A program made the position numbers and the translations under genes. This document shows positions 18,830 to 28,628 of a DNA stretch of 64,000 bases, piece by piece. The stretch's first letter is position 1, and each line of letters starts with the position of its first letter. The notes under the pieces are model-generated. The model had not been told where the DNA came from. It did no database searches and saw only the letters and a program-made list of their open reading frames with translations. The DNA is from Desulfatiglans sp. (GTDB lineage Bacteria; Desulfobacterota; DSM-4660; Desulfatiglandales; HGW-15): positions 80 to 64,079 of the forward strand of contig JAAZBV010000011.1 of NCBI GenBank assembly GCA_012513605.1. The letters run 5' to 3'.

Positions 18830-20722
18830 CTATTTTGATCCTGTATGCCGCTCAACAAACCTTATTGCCTGTTCAGGCCAATCTTTTACGGTCTTATCAT
18901 TCAGACTTGCCCCTACCCCGAAACCATGCATTGGTGTATCAAGAAGATGCATCTCCACTGGAACTTTTTCTTTAATGCATGCCTCGTAAAACAGGAGCGA
19001 ATTCTTTACAGGCACCAAAAAATCATAAGTACCGTGCACAATAAATGCAGGAGGGGTATCAGGTGTAACATGTTTCCATGGTGACAGCGCTTCATATAGA
19101 TCGTGATTTTCCTGTGTCAGGTTTGTTCGTGAACCTTTATGAGTAATTGAATCATCAGTCAGGTCAATCACCGGATAGAGCAAAAGCGCAAAGGCCGGCC
19201 TGGCGCTGAGGCTATCAATCCGGTCGGGCGCATATGGCGCTTCAGGCAAGAGTTTATTATTGTAAAGCGTAGCGAGCATGGCAGCAAGATGCCCTCCTGC
19301 TGACCCTCCGAAAACCCCAACCTTATCCGGATCCACATTGTATTCTTTTGCATGGGCCTTAATGTGCCTGAGTGCGCGCCGGGCATCCAGCAGTGTTGTG
19401 GGGTAGTGGTATTGAGGGCCATGCCTGTAACGCACCACAAAGGCGGCAATATTATGTGCCTTAAAGATCTCCGCGATCGTGCCTCCTTCCCCGGGCACTG
19501 TCAGCATCTCGTAACCACCACCCGGACAGACCAGCACGCCTGCCCCTGTTGCCTTGCCGGCATCAGGGATATATAAATCCAGAGTGGGCTCCATTGGATT
19601 GAGTTCATTTTCGGAGAACTCTATTTTACCAGGTGTTTTTTCATAGAGTTTGATTCGTTTGACATTGGCAGGAGGTGTAAGGCTTACCATCACATTTTCA
19701 CCCCTGGCATTGGCAGGGAAAACACCAGGAGGAGACTTTCTTCCTGTCACCTCATTACTATACCGATTGAAAAAATCAAACACATCCGGCATGCTGCCCC
19801 CTATGATCTCACCGTGATCCAGTCCGGGCAAAGACTTGTACTCCACCCTGAAGCCAAGCCCTTTGAGCTCTCCTGCTGCCTGTTCCGACCCCTTGACCAG
19901 TGTGTCATCCTCTCCCACAATAATCATAAGAGGTATATTTTTAAGCTTCATCTCCGCATTCCATTCAAACCCGAAAGTAGCCGGGGCCACACCGGCAACC
20001 GCAGCCCAGATATCTGAATACTTCTCTCCTATATGCAATGCACCGCCTCCGCCCATTGAATGGCCCATCAGGTATATCCTGTTTGTATCTATGTTGAATT
20101 CCTTAAGGGCCATATTAAGTACATTCATGGTATCCTTTTCACTCAGTTCGGTAACCTTGGCCGGGTCCTTCTCTTTTTTACCGCCGACATCACCACCCAT
20201 GTACATAGTTTTGGGCTTTTGCCTGGCTGAGGAAGCGGGGGCATTTGGGTCACCGGGTGCTTCGGCATCTGGTTTCGGCGGACCAGGCATGCGCATCTGC
20301 ATACCGAATGGGCCAGTCGGGCTATAGCCCATAGGGCCGACCATAATGTAGCCATTCTTTTCTGCCTCCTCCACGCACTGCCTCCTCATAAAGGTACCGT
20401 GATTCCCGCTGAACCCGTGCAGAGCCAGAACCAGTGGGGCCTTTACATCCTTTTTAACCTTTGAAGATACAAACACCGCATATGGAAGCATCTCACCAGT
20501 ATCAGTAAAGAGGTACTCCCTCAGTTCCACACGGTCATCAACCGGGTCCATGCCTGTTCGCCTGCTCTCTCCGGCTGTTTTACCAACCGGCGGGCTCGTG
20601 ACCTTTGAAGTAGCCAGGTTGTCATCAGCCTTCTCTGCATATAAATTCTGTGCCACTGCTGATAACATCATTAGACTGCCAGTAATTACACAACCATATA
20701 ATAGCTTTTTTGTTCTAAGCAT
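18830..20722 (-). CDS. Secreted tandem alpha/beta-hydrolase (two esterase domains in one 630-aa protein)
   Basis: The N-terminal half has 'LMGHSMGGGGAL' and is paralogous to 34105-35013. The C-terminal half has 'VLVCPGGGY' and 'VFGGSAGGHLA' (Abhydrolase_3-type). Confidence 0.88.
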   Translation of the reverse strand: MLRTKKLLYGCVITGSLMMLSAVAQNLYAEKADDNLATSKVTSPPVGKTAGESRRTGMDPVDDRVELREYLFTDTGEMLPYAVFVSSKVKKDVKAPLVLALHGFSGNHGTFMRRQCVEEAEKNGYIMVGPMGYSPTGPFGMQMRMPGPPKPDAEAPGDPNAPASSARQKPKTMYMGGDVGGKKEKDPAKVTELSEKDTMNVLNMALKEFNIDTNRIYLMGHSMGGGGALHIGEKYSDIWAAVAGVAPATFGFEWNAEMKLKNIPLMIIVGEDDTLVKGSEQAAGELKGLGFRVEYKSLPGLDHGEIIGGSMPDVFDFFNRYSNEVTGRKSPPGVFPANARGENVMVSLTPPANVKRIKLYEKTPGKIEFSENELNPMEPTLDLYIPDAGKATGAGVLVCPGGGYEMLTVPGEGGTIAEIFKAHNIAAFVVRYRHGPQYHYPTTLLDARRALRHIKAHAKEYNVDPDKVGVFGGSAGGHLAAMLATLYNNKLLPEAPYAPDRIDSLSARPAFALLLYPVIDLTDDSITHKGSRTNLTQENHDLYEALSPWKHVTPDTPPAFIVHGTYDFLVPVKNSLLFYEACIKEKVPVEMHLLDTPMHGFGVGASLNDKTVKDWPEQAIRFVERHTGSK

Positions 20723-20760
20723 TTAAAACCTCCATTAATAAAAAATGTACAACGATATAT

Positions 20761-22368
20761 CTATTCTTTATGCGGTTCATCCGGCCCACCGCCTTCTATT
20801 GGAACCTCCGGTATGGTAATTATAAACAGGAAAGCGATAAACAGGGCAACAGCGCCAATGAGAAAAAGTATTTTGAGACCTGTCTGCAGTGAATCTCTTA
20901 CCGCCTGTACTGTCTCATCAAACAGCGCTGGATTTATCGCTTCATTTTCACCAAAGGCATCCTTGAGTTCGTCCATTGCCTCCTTTGACATCAGGACACG
21001 GGGATCAGCAAGGGATTCAAGTGTCGCTGTATCAATATGCAGGTTAAGGTCCTGGGGAAGCAGACTGTTGAGACTTTTATTATAGGTGGCATTCATGGCT
21101 GGGCCAAGGATGGCAGGGGCGGCAGCAGTTCCAAGCGCCACAATGAAAAAGATGGCCGCTACAGAAACCCCTCTGAATTTTTTGGGCAGTGCAAACTGTA
21201 CAACCAGGATATTGGTTGTTGGTATGGCCCCCACACCGAACCCGCCAAATATCATGACCACTACACCAAGCCATATTGGTGTTTTCTGATTGAACAAAAA
21301 GAGCATAAACATGGCCGCGGTGAGCACACCATAACTCATGATAAAATTCCATTTATAGCGTTTTGTTCTGGCAATCAACAGACCTGCTGGAACCCCTGTA
21401 AAGGCCATGAGCACTGTAAACGGGGTCAGCATTGCACCGCTCAGTTTGGCGCTTGCCCCCTGTACCCCCTGGATAAACAGCGGGTAATAATTCATGATAC
21501 CGATAAACCCGAAAAATGAAAGAAAGGCTGCCACTGCCGCAGTTAAAAAGGTGCGGTTGGTAAAGACCTGCGGATCAAGAATAGGCTCTTCTGCCTTTAA
21601 TTCTACCAGTATGAAGAGGCACCAGAAGACAATGGATATAATGAGGAGCCCCATAACATAAAAGGAGACCCAGGGATGCCTGTCAGTAAAGGAGACACCC
21701 AGGATCATGGCCGAAGAGGCAATTGCAAGTATAAATGCCCCTGTATAATCAATCTGGTGTCCTGTCCGCCCGGTTTGTCCCGGGACACCTATAATCACAA
21801 GTAATATGCATATAATGGCTATAGGGACAACAGCCCAGAAAAAATAACGCCAGCTAAGATTATCGGTTATAATTCCAACCAGTACAGGGCCAAAGATTGC
21901 AGCGACACCGGCAGCCAGATTCAACAGCCCGGTCCATTTGCTTTTTTCAGCAGGGGCGGTAAAAAGATCTCCAATTACAGAGAAACAGAGGGCTGACAGT
22001 GCCCCCAGCCCCAGGCCTATTATTACACGGGCAATAATGTTGAACACAAATGTCGGACTCACGGCCGCGAGTATTGATCCTGCTGCGAAAAAAAACAGGG
22101 AGATCAGAAGCATAGTTCTGCGACCGTACATGTCGGATAGTTTTCCAAAAAGCATGGTTGAAAAGGCCATTGCGAGCGCCGGTATGGATATGGCCCATGA
22201 AAACAGGGCCATGCCCTTCAGGTCTGCCGCAATCATGGGTGATGCAATGCTCTGACCCAGGGTCATGCAAAATGTCAGAAAATAGGTGAGAAATACCGCT
22301 GCGAGACTGAACACAAGCGATCTGGTGTAAAAACCCTGAGAGCCATCTTTGGTGAGTGCCTGATTCAT
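20761..22368 (-). CDS. MFS transporter, 14-TMS DHA2-like
   Basis: 535 aa with about 14 hydrophobic segments and 'GKLSDMYGRR'. Confidence 0.88.
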   Translation of the reverse strand: MNQALTKDGSQGFYTRSLVFSLAAVFLTYFLTFCMTLGQSIASPMIAADLKGMALFSWAISIPALAMAFSTMLFGKLSDMYGRRTMLLISLFFFAAGSILAAVSPTFVFNIIARVIIGLGLGALSALCFSVIGDLFTAPAEKSKWTGLLNLAAGVAAIFGPVLVGIITDNLSWRYFFWAVVPIAIICILLVIIGVPGQTGRTGHQIDYTGAFILAIASSAMILGVSFTDRHPWVSFYVMGLLIISIVFWCLFILVELKAEEPILDPQVFTNRTFLTAAVAAFLSFFGFIGIMNYYPLFIQGVQGASAKLSGAMLTPFTVLMAFTGVPAGLLIARTKRYKWNFIMSYGVLTAAMFMLFLFNQKTPIWLGVVVMIFGGFGVGAIPTTNILVVQFALPKKFRGVSVAAIFFIVALGTAAAPAILGPAMNATYNKSLNSLLPQDLNLHIDTATLESLADPRVLMSKEAMDELKDAFGENEAINPALFDETVQAVRDSLQTGLKILFLIGAVALFIAFLFIITIPEVPIEGGGPDEPHKE

Positions 22369-22469
22369 AGTTTCCTCCCGTTAGTGTCTGCAAGATATAA
22401 ATAAAAACAGAATATATGATTGAACCTGTTAACGCTCTTTTCTCTCTTTCATAACCTTTAATCACCAGA

Positions 22470-23378
22470 TCAGTCAATGATCCTGGCAACACGGATGCCC
22501 AGGAAGCTTCTGCCCCTTGCATCAGGTGAATATACAAAGGCACGGTTGGCGGACCGCAGTGTCTTTATATCGCTCATAAATGAATTGCCCCTGAATCCGC
22601 GGACATTACAGTTGCCGCTCTTTACCGTTGATCCATCAGCCGGGAGCTTTATCCCGTCAGCCTCATAGCAATCCTCAACCCATTGATAAACATTACCTGC
22701 CATATCGCATAATCCAAATCCGTTTACAGGAAATGAGCATACAGGAGATGTGTTAATCCATAGATCCCTGCCCCCGACAGCGCCTCCCAGTTCATTGTTA
22801 ACCTCTGTGCCAAAATTGGCATATTCGCGGCTGGCTTCATCCCCCCACAGGTATACGGTTGAGGTGCCGGCACGGGCTGCATATTCGTATTCTGCCTCTG
22901 TTAAAAGCCTGTACTGATCCTTGCCTGTTTTTTTATTAAGCCAGCCCACAAACACCTGTGCGTCCCACCAGCTTACGCCTACTACCGGCCTGTTTCCGCG
23001 GCCATAATCAATATACTCCTCTTTTTCAGTTTTGCCCTGTTTTTCTTTCCTGAGCGCTGTCTCCACAGCCTGTCCATCGCACATGGCATCCCGTGCACAT
23101 GCCTCCCATTGATCCCAGGTGATAGGGGCCTTGCTGACAGCAAATGAGTAATTAATGATAACCCGGTGCTGGCCTTCATCCTTTTCGCGGTATTTTTCAC
23201 TCTCAGGAGAGCCCATGATGAATGTGCCAGGAGGAATTATAACCATCTCGGGACACATATCGCAATCCTTAAAGTTTTTTTCGGTTCGACCCTTATCATC
23301 AGATGAGATTGTAAATCCGGTTACAAAGCTCATCACAATCGTCGCTAGTATTATAGCTCCTCTCTTTTGCATCTTCAT
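22470..23378 (-). CDS. Formylglycine-generating-enzyme (SUMF1/EgtB/PvdO) family protein, exported or anchored
   Basis: 'PVVGVSWWDAQVFVGWLNKKTG..YRLLTEAEYEYAARAG', 'GLCDMAGNVYQWVEDCY', 'RGNSF'. Confidence 0.88.
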   Translation of the reverse strand: MKMQKRGAIILATIVMSFVTGFTISSDDKGRTEKNFKDCDMCPEMVIIPPGTFIMGSPESEKYREKDEGQHRVIINYSFAVSKAPITWDQWEACARDAMCDGQAVETALRKEKQGKTEKEEYIDYGRGNRPVVGVSWWDAQVFVGWLNKKTGKDQYRLLTEAEYEYAARAGTSTVYLWGDEASREYANFGTEVNNELGGAVGGRDLWINTSPVCSFPVNGFGLCDMAGNVYQWVEDCYEADGIKLPADGSTVKSGNCNVRGFRGNSFMSDIKTLRSANRAFVYSPDARGRSFLGIRVARIID

Positions 23379-23399
23379 ACCTCCTTTATCCGGCTATAT

Positions 23400-24578
<1,179 letters not shown>

Positions 24579-24708
24579 TTATGGTTTAAAATTGATTAAA
24601 AGATTATTTTTCCCATAGAATTATATTATTGACTCTGTTTTGGCTTTTGTATACCTATATACATTATCTGAAATGAATTGCCTAATAATATATTAAAGGA
24701 ATGATAAA

Positions 24709-26034
24709 ATGCCCAATAATTCAGTAAGTATAAAAGAGGTCCTTGATTCAGGTAAATTTACTTTATATCAGATATGGATATGCACACTGTGTTTTTTGCT
24801 TGCCTTTTTTGACGGGTTTGATCTGTCACTGGTTGGTGTGGCGCTTCCTGATATCAGCGAGTATCTAAATTCAACATCCGCCGCCCTTGGGGTGGCAATG
24901 AGCGCCGGCAATGTTGGAGCGCTTATCGGGGCATTTATCCTGGGCATGATGGCCGATCGTTTTGGCCGCAAAAATATGCTCCTGGTCTCAGCCTTCACAT
25001 TTGGTATTTTTACACTGGCTATCGCCTTTATCCAATCAGTTGAGCAACTGATCTTTCTCCGCTTTATAGCAGGTCTGGGACTGGGAGGAGCCGTTCCAAA
25101 TGCGCTTGCCTTTGGATCAGAGTATGCACCAAGTAAGAAACGGGCAACACTTGCCACTACAATGTATGCCGGGGTTGCCATTGGAGCTACATTTGCCGGT
25201 CTATTTGCCTCTTACTTTCTTCCCAGATTTGGATGGCAGTCTTTATTTTTAGCAGGCGGCACAGTAGCATGCCTCATAGGGATCATTGCATTAATATCCC
25301 TGCCTGAGTCGCTGGAATTTCTGGTCAAAAGAAATACAAACATAGATAAGAGTCGCATACGCAAAATAGTCTCAAGAATCGCCCCATTATATGGAACTGA
25401 TAACAATATTGATTTCGTTTCATCAGAAAAAAGACTTGCCGGTGTACCCTTTAAGCATCTGTTCAAAGACGGGCGTACTGCCAATACAATATTATTATGG
25501 ATGGCCTTTATCTTAAGCTATTATCTGCTCTGGCTGATTCTTTCATGGACACCTACATTGCTCAAAAAAAGCGGGGCCTCCTCCCAGGAATTCAGCCTTG
25601 CCTTTGCGTGCGTTAATATGGGGGCTGTCTTTGCAACGGTATTGATAGGCATTTTGATGGATAAATTCAACCCGTTAAAAATATTAAAAATAGGCTTTTT
25701 TCTTGCATTTATAAGTGTTTTTATTTTTGGATATTTTGCATCCAGCTCATTTATTATAGTTGCTGTTTTCTCGGCCATCATGGGATTCTTTGTAATCGGA
25801 AGCAACTCCGGACTCATGGGGCTCGCTGCTATTTCATACCCGGCAGATATCAGGGGCACAGGGCTCGGGTGGGCCACAGGGGTCGGGAGAGCCGGCTCAC
25901 TGCTGGCGCCTGTTGCAGGAGGTCTTATGCTCACAGGAAACTGGAGCGTTAACTATATCTGTACTACCAATGCCATTCTTGCGCTGGTGGTCATATTGAT
26001 AATTTTTATAATGCAGAAGGTAAATTCAAAATAA
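24709..26034 (+). CDS. MFS transporter, aromatic-acid:H+ symporter (AAHS)-like
   Basis: 12 TMS, 'GMMADRFGRK', and overall resemblance to PcaK/BenK-type carriers. Confidence 0.8.
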   Translation: MPNNSVSIKEVLDSGKFTLYQIWICTLCFLLAFFDGFDLSLVGVALPDISEYLNSTSAALGVAMSAGNVGALIGAFILGMMADRFGRKNMLLVSAFTFGIFTLAIAFIQSVEQLIFLRFIAGLGLGGAVPNALAFGSEYAPSKKRATLATTMYAGVAIGATFAGLFASYFLPRFGWQSLFLAGGTVACLIGIIALISLPESLEFLVKRNTNIDKSRIRKIVSRIAPLYGTDNNIDFVSSEKRLAGVPFKHLFKDGRTANTILLWMAFILSYYLLWLILSWTPTLLKKSGASSQEFSLAFACVNMGAVFATVLIGILMDKFNPLKILKIGFFLAFISVFIFGYFASSSFIIVAVFSAIMGFFVIGSNSGLMGLAAISYPADIRGTGLGWATGVGRAGSLLAPVAGGLMLTGNWSVNYICTTNAILALVVILIIFIMQKVNSK

Positions 26035-26062
26035 ATTTAGTAATTACGTAGGGAGTCAAATA

Positions 26063-27646
26063 ATGAATCATTGTGGTAGCAACAAAAAAGATTTATCGAG
26101 GAGAGATTTTATAAAAACAACTTCAGTCGGCATAGGGGCTGCTGCAATAGCAGGTCTCAATGCTGCCCCTGCAAAAGGTCAGGGTTACGAGAATAAGGTG
26201 AAGTGGGATAAAGAGACCGATGTGCTGATTGCGGGGAGCGGGTTTGCCGGGCTTGCATCTGCAATAACTGCCCATGATGCCGGTGCAAAGGTCATTATTC
26301 TGGAAAAGGCCCCTGAGGAGTATGAGGGCGGCAACAGCAAGGTATCGGGCAACATGTGGTGGACCCCTGAGGATGTGAATGAGGGAATAAAATATATTAC
26401 TGCCCTATGTTACGGCCTCACAGACCAGAAAAGCATAAAGGCACTGGCACAGGGGATGTTTGAAAACAATGAATGGCTCAAAAAACTGGGGGTTGAACCC
26501 ACGCCCCTGGGGATGTTTCAGCCGGAGTACCCGGAACTTCCTGGAGGCGAGACAGTAAGGACATGGGGTAATGGCAGGGGTGTTTTTGGAGGCGCCCTTT
26601 ATCTGCCCGTCAGGAAACAGGTTAAAGACAGGGGTATACCTGTCATGTATCAGACAGCAGCAAAGGAGCTGATTAAAAACGAGAAGGGTGAAATCACTGG
26701 CATAAAGGCAGAGTCATCAGGAATGATAATCAACATTAAGGCAAAGCGCGGCGTTATCCTTGCCTGCGGCGGTTTTGAATTTGCACATGATATGCAGCAG
26801 CAGTTTCTTCCCGGATGGCCCATGTATGGCAGGGGCACCACATACAATACAGGTGATGGTATCAGAATGGCCCAGCAGGCAGGGGCAGACCTCTGGCATA
26901 TGAACAACGCTTTGGCCGGGGTCGGCGCTATCCTGGTGGATGATGAGACGCTTGGAAAAGTCCCGGTTACAGTATCTATGTTCGGAACCCCCTATATACT
27001 TATAGACAGTCAGGGAAAACGCTTTATGAATGAATCTGTCCAGGGCCGCCATGGATTGGGTGAGAAGGAGCACCTTATCTTTTTTGATACCCTGAACACA
27101 CAGAGCTTCACCCGCATACCATGTTATGCAATAATGGATTCAAGGGCGCTTAAAAGAGCTCTTGTGACCACCGGTATGAAATTCGGCTGGTATAACTGGT
27201 ACTCAAAATACAAGTGGAGCCAGGATAACAGCGCTGAAGTAGAAAAAGGGTGGATTATTAAGGGAGATACACTGCAGGAGCTTTCAGGCAAACTCGGTAT
27301 AAAATCCGAGGCACTTGAAAAGACCCTTTCAGCATACAATCAATTCTGCGACGCCGGTGTAGATACAGACTTTGACAGGCCGAAAATGGGGCTGACCAAA
27401 ATTGATCAATCTCCTTATGTTGCGCTCAAGATATATCCTGTTATGTATAACACCCAGGGCGGGCCAAGACGTAATGCATCATGCCAGATTGTTGACCCGT
27501 TTGATACGCCCATACCGAGACTGTTTAGCGCTGGTGAACTGGGGTCATTCTGGGGCTGGATGTACAATGGTGGGGGGAATAATTCAGAGTGTCTCGCAAC
27601 CGGCAGGATCGCGGGGGCAAATGCAGCAGCGCTTAAACCCTGGTAA
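26063..27646 (+). CDS. Tat-exported FAD-dependent oxidoreductase (fumarate-reductase/KstD-type FAD_binding_2 fold)
   Basis: Twin-arginine signal 'SRRDFIKTTSVGIGAAAIAG', dinucleotide fold 'DVLIAGSGFAGLASA', C-terminal 'RLFSAGELG'. Confidence 0.88.
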   Translation: MNHCGSNKKDLSRRDFIKTTSVGIGAAAIAGLNAAPAKGQGYENKVKWDKETDVLIAGSGFAGLASAITAHDAGAKVIILEKAPEEYEGGNSKVSGNMWWTPEDVNEGIKYITALCYGLTDQKSIKALAQGMFENNEWLKKLGVEPTPLGMFQPEYPELPGGETVRTWGNGRGVFGGALYLPVRKQVKDRGIPVMYQTAAKELIKNEKGEITGIKAESSGMIINIKAKRGVILACGGFEFAHDMQQQFLPGWPMYGRGTTYNTGDGIRMAQQAGADLWHMNNALAGVGAILVDDETLGKVPVTVSMFGTPYILIDSQGKRFMNESVQGRHGLGEKEHLIFFDTLNTQSFTRIPCYAIMDSRALKRALVTTGMKFGWYNWYSKYKWSQDNSAEVEKGWIIKGDTLQELSGKLGIKSEALEKTLSAYNQFCDAGVDTDFDRPKMGLTKIDQSPYVALKIYPVMYNTQGGPRRNASCQIVDPFDTPIPRLFSAGELGSFWGWMYNGGGNNSECLATGRIAGANAAALKPW

Positions 27647-27658
27647 CTGAGGTAGTGT

Positions 27659-27687
27659 CCATCCAGAAAGAGATAAATTCTGGATGG
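27659..27687 (+). terminator. Stem-loop after the flavoprotein gene (ccatccagaa-N9-ttctggatgg)
   Basis: 10-bp perfect stem read directly. The trailing T-run is weak. Confidence 0.35.
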
Positions 27688-27892
27688 GGCTTTCAGCAGT
27701 CAGCGATCAGCTGTCAGCTCATTCTTTGGTTTGAAAGTCTTTTGCTAAAAGCTGAACGCTAAGGGATGACCGTTTGAATCAAAAAACGACATTTTTTGGA
27801 TGGACACTGGGTAAGACTTTAAAACACTGTTAATCCGGGATGGTTCACAGTCTGGGAATGCAGATGTATGAATAATCATGTGAGGATCTTTT

Positions 27893-28612
27893 ATGAAAAT
27901 ACGCCGTAATTTTTTTATATTGCCGTCAGGTCTTCTTGTTATAACAACATTTCTCCTGTTTTTTATTACTCCTGCTGGCGCTGACAGTAACGCAAAGAAA
28001 AGTGATACCATAAGTATAGCGCCATACTTTATCCAGGCCACACCAGCCCCAAAGTCCCCTGATCCGGATGGCTTTATACAGCGCTGGCTTCTTCTGGAGC
28101 CGATCATTAAACCGAACAGGAGCAATACTGTATTTACAGACAGCTATGTGAGAGGGGCATTTTACAAGGAGTACTTTCCTAATCAGTTCACTGTGGTTCC
28201 GAAGGGAGAAGAAAGCGTTACAGTTGAAGGCCAGGAGCTTAAATGGCATGCACTTGATTCCACAAACTTCAATGTAAAACTCTTTCGGTTTGCATATGGC
28301 CTTGATAAGCCCCATTACGGGGTCATCTTCTGGGCGGTTACTGTCGTTAACAGCCCCAGGGAGATAAAGAATGTCCGCCTGGCTGTGGGTTCAAATTCCG
28401 CATCCATGTGGTGGCTTAATGGGAAGGAGGCTGTCATCCTGTCCGGTGACAGGCGCATGGTCATGGATGACAGTGTATCAAAGCGGGTTACACTTAATAA
28501 AGGTAAAAACATAATCCGGGGCGCTGTTATCAATGGCCCCGGTATGAGTGATTTCTGCGTGAGATTCATTGATGAAAATGGAGACCCTGTAAAAGACCTT
28601 ACAAGTTTTTAA
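27893..28612 (+). CDS. Secreted protein of unknown function (predicted beta-sandwich)
   Basis: Signal peptide, GAGGA ribosome-binding site, and co-directional with and 17 nt upstream of the GH43 gene. No nameable motif. Confidence 0.7.
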   Translation: MKIRRNFFILPSGLLVITTFLLFFITPAGADSNAKKSDTISIAPYFIQATPAPKSPDPDGFIQRWLLLEPIIKPNRSNTVFTDSYVRGAFYKEYFPNQFTVVPKGEESVTVEGQELKWHALDSTNFNVKLFRFAYGLDKPHYGVIFWAVTVVNSPREIKNVRLAVGSNSASMWWLNGKEAVILSGDRRMVMDDSVSKRVTLNKGKNIIRGAVINGPGMSDFCVRFIDENGDPVKDLTSF

Positions 28613-28628
28613 TTATAGCGGAGATATT

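Noticed and set aside
24630-24700. Sigma-70-like hexamers (TTGACT ... TACCTA/TATATA) upstream of the AAHS transporter gene.
   Set aside because: Spacing and the -10 match are poor, so I cannot support a promoter call from sequence alone.
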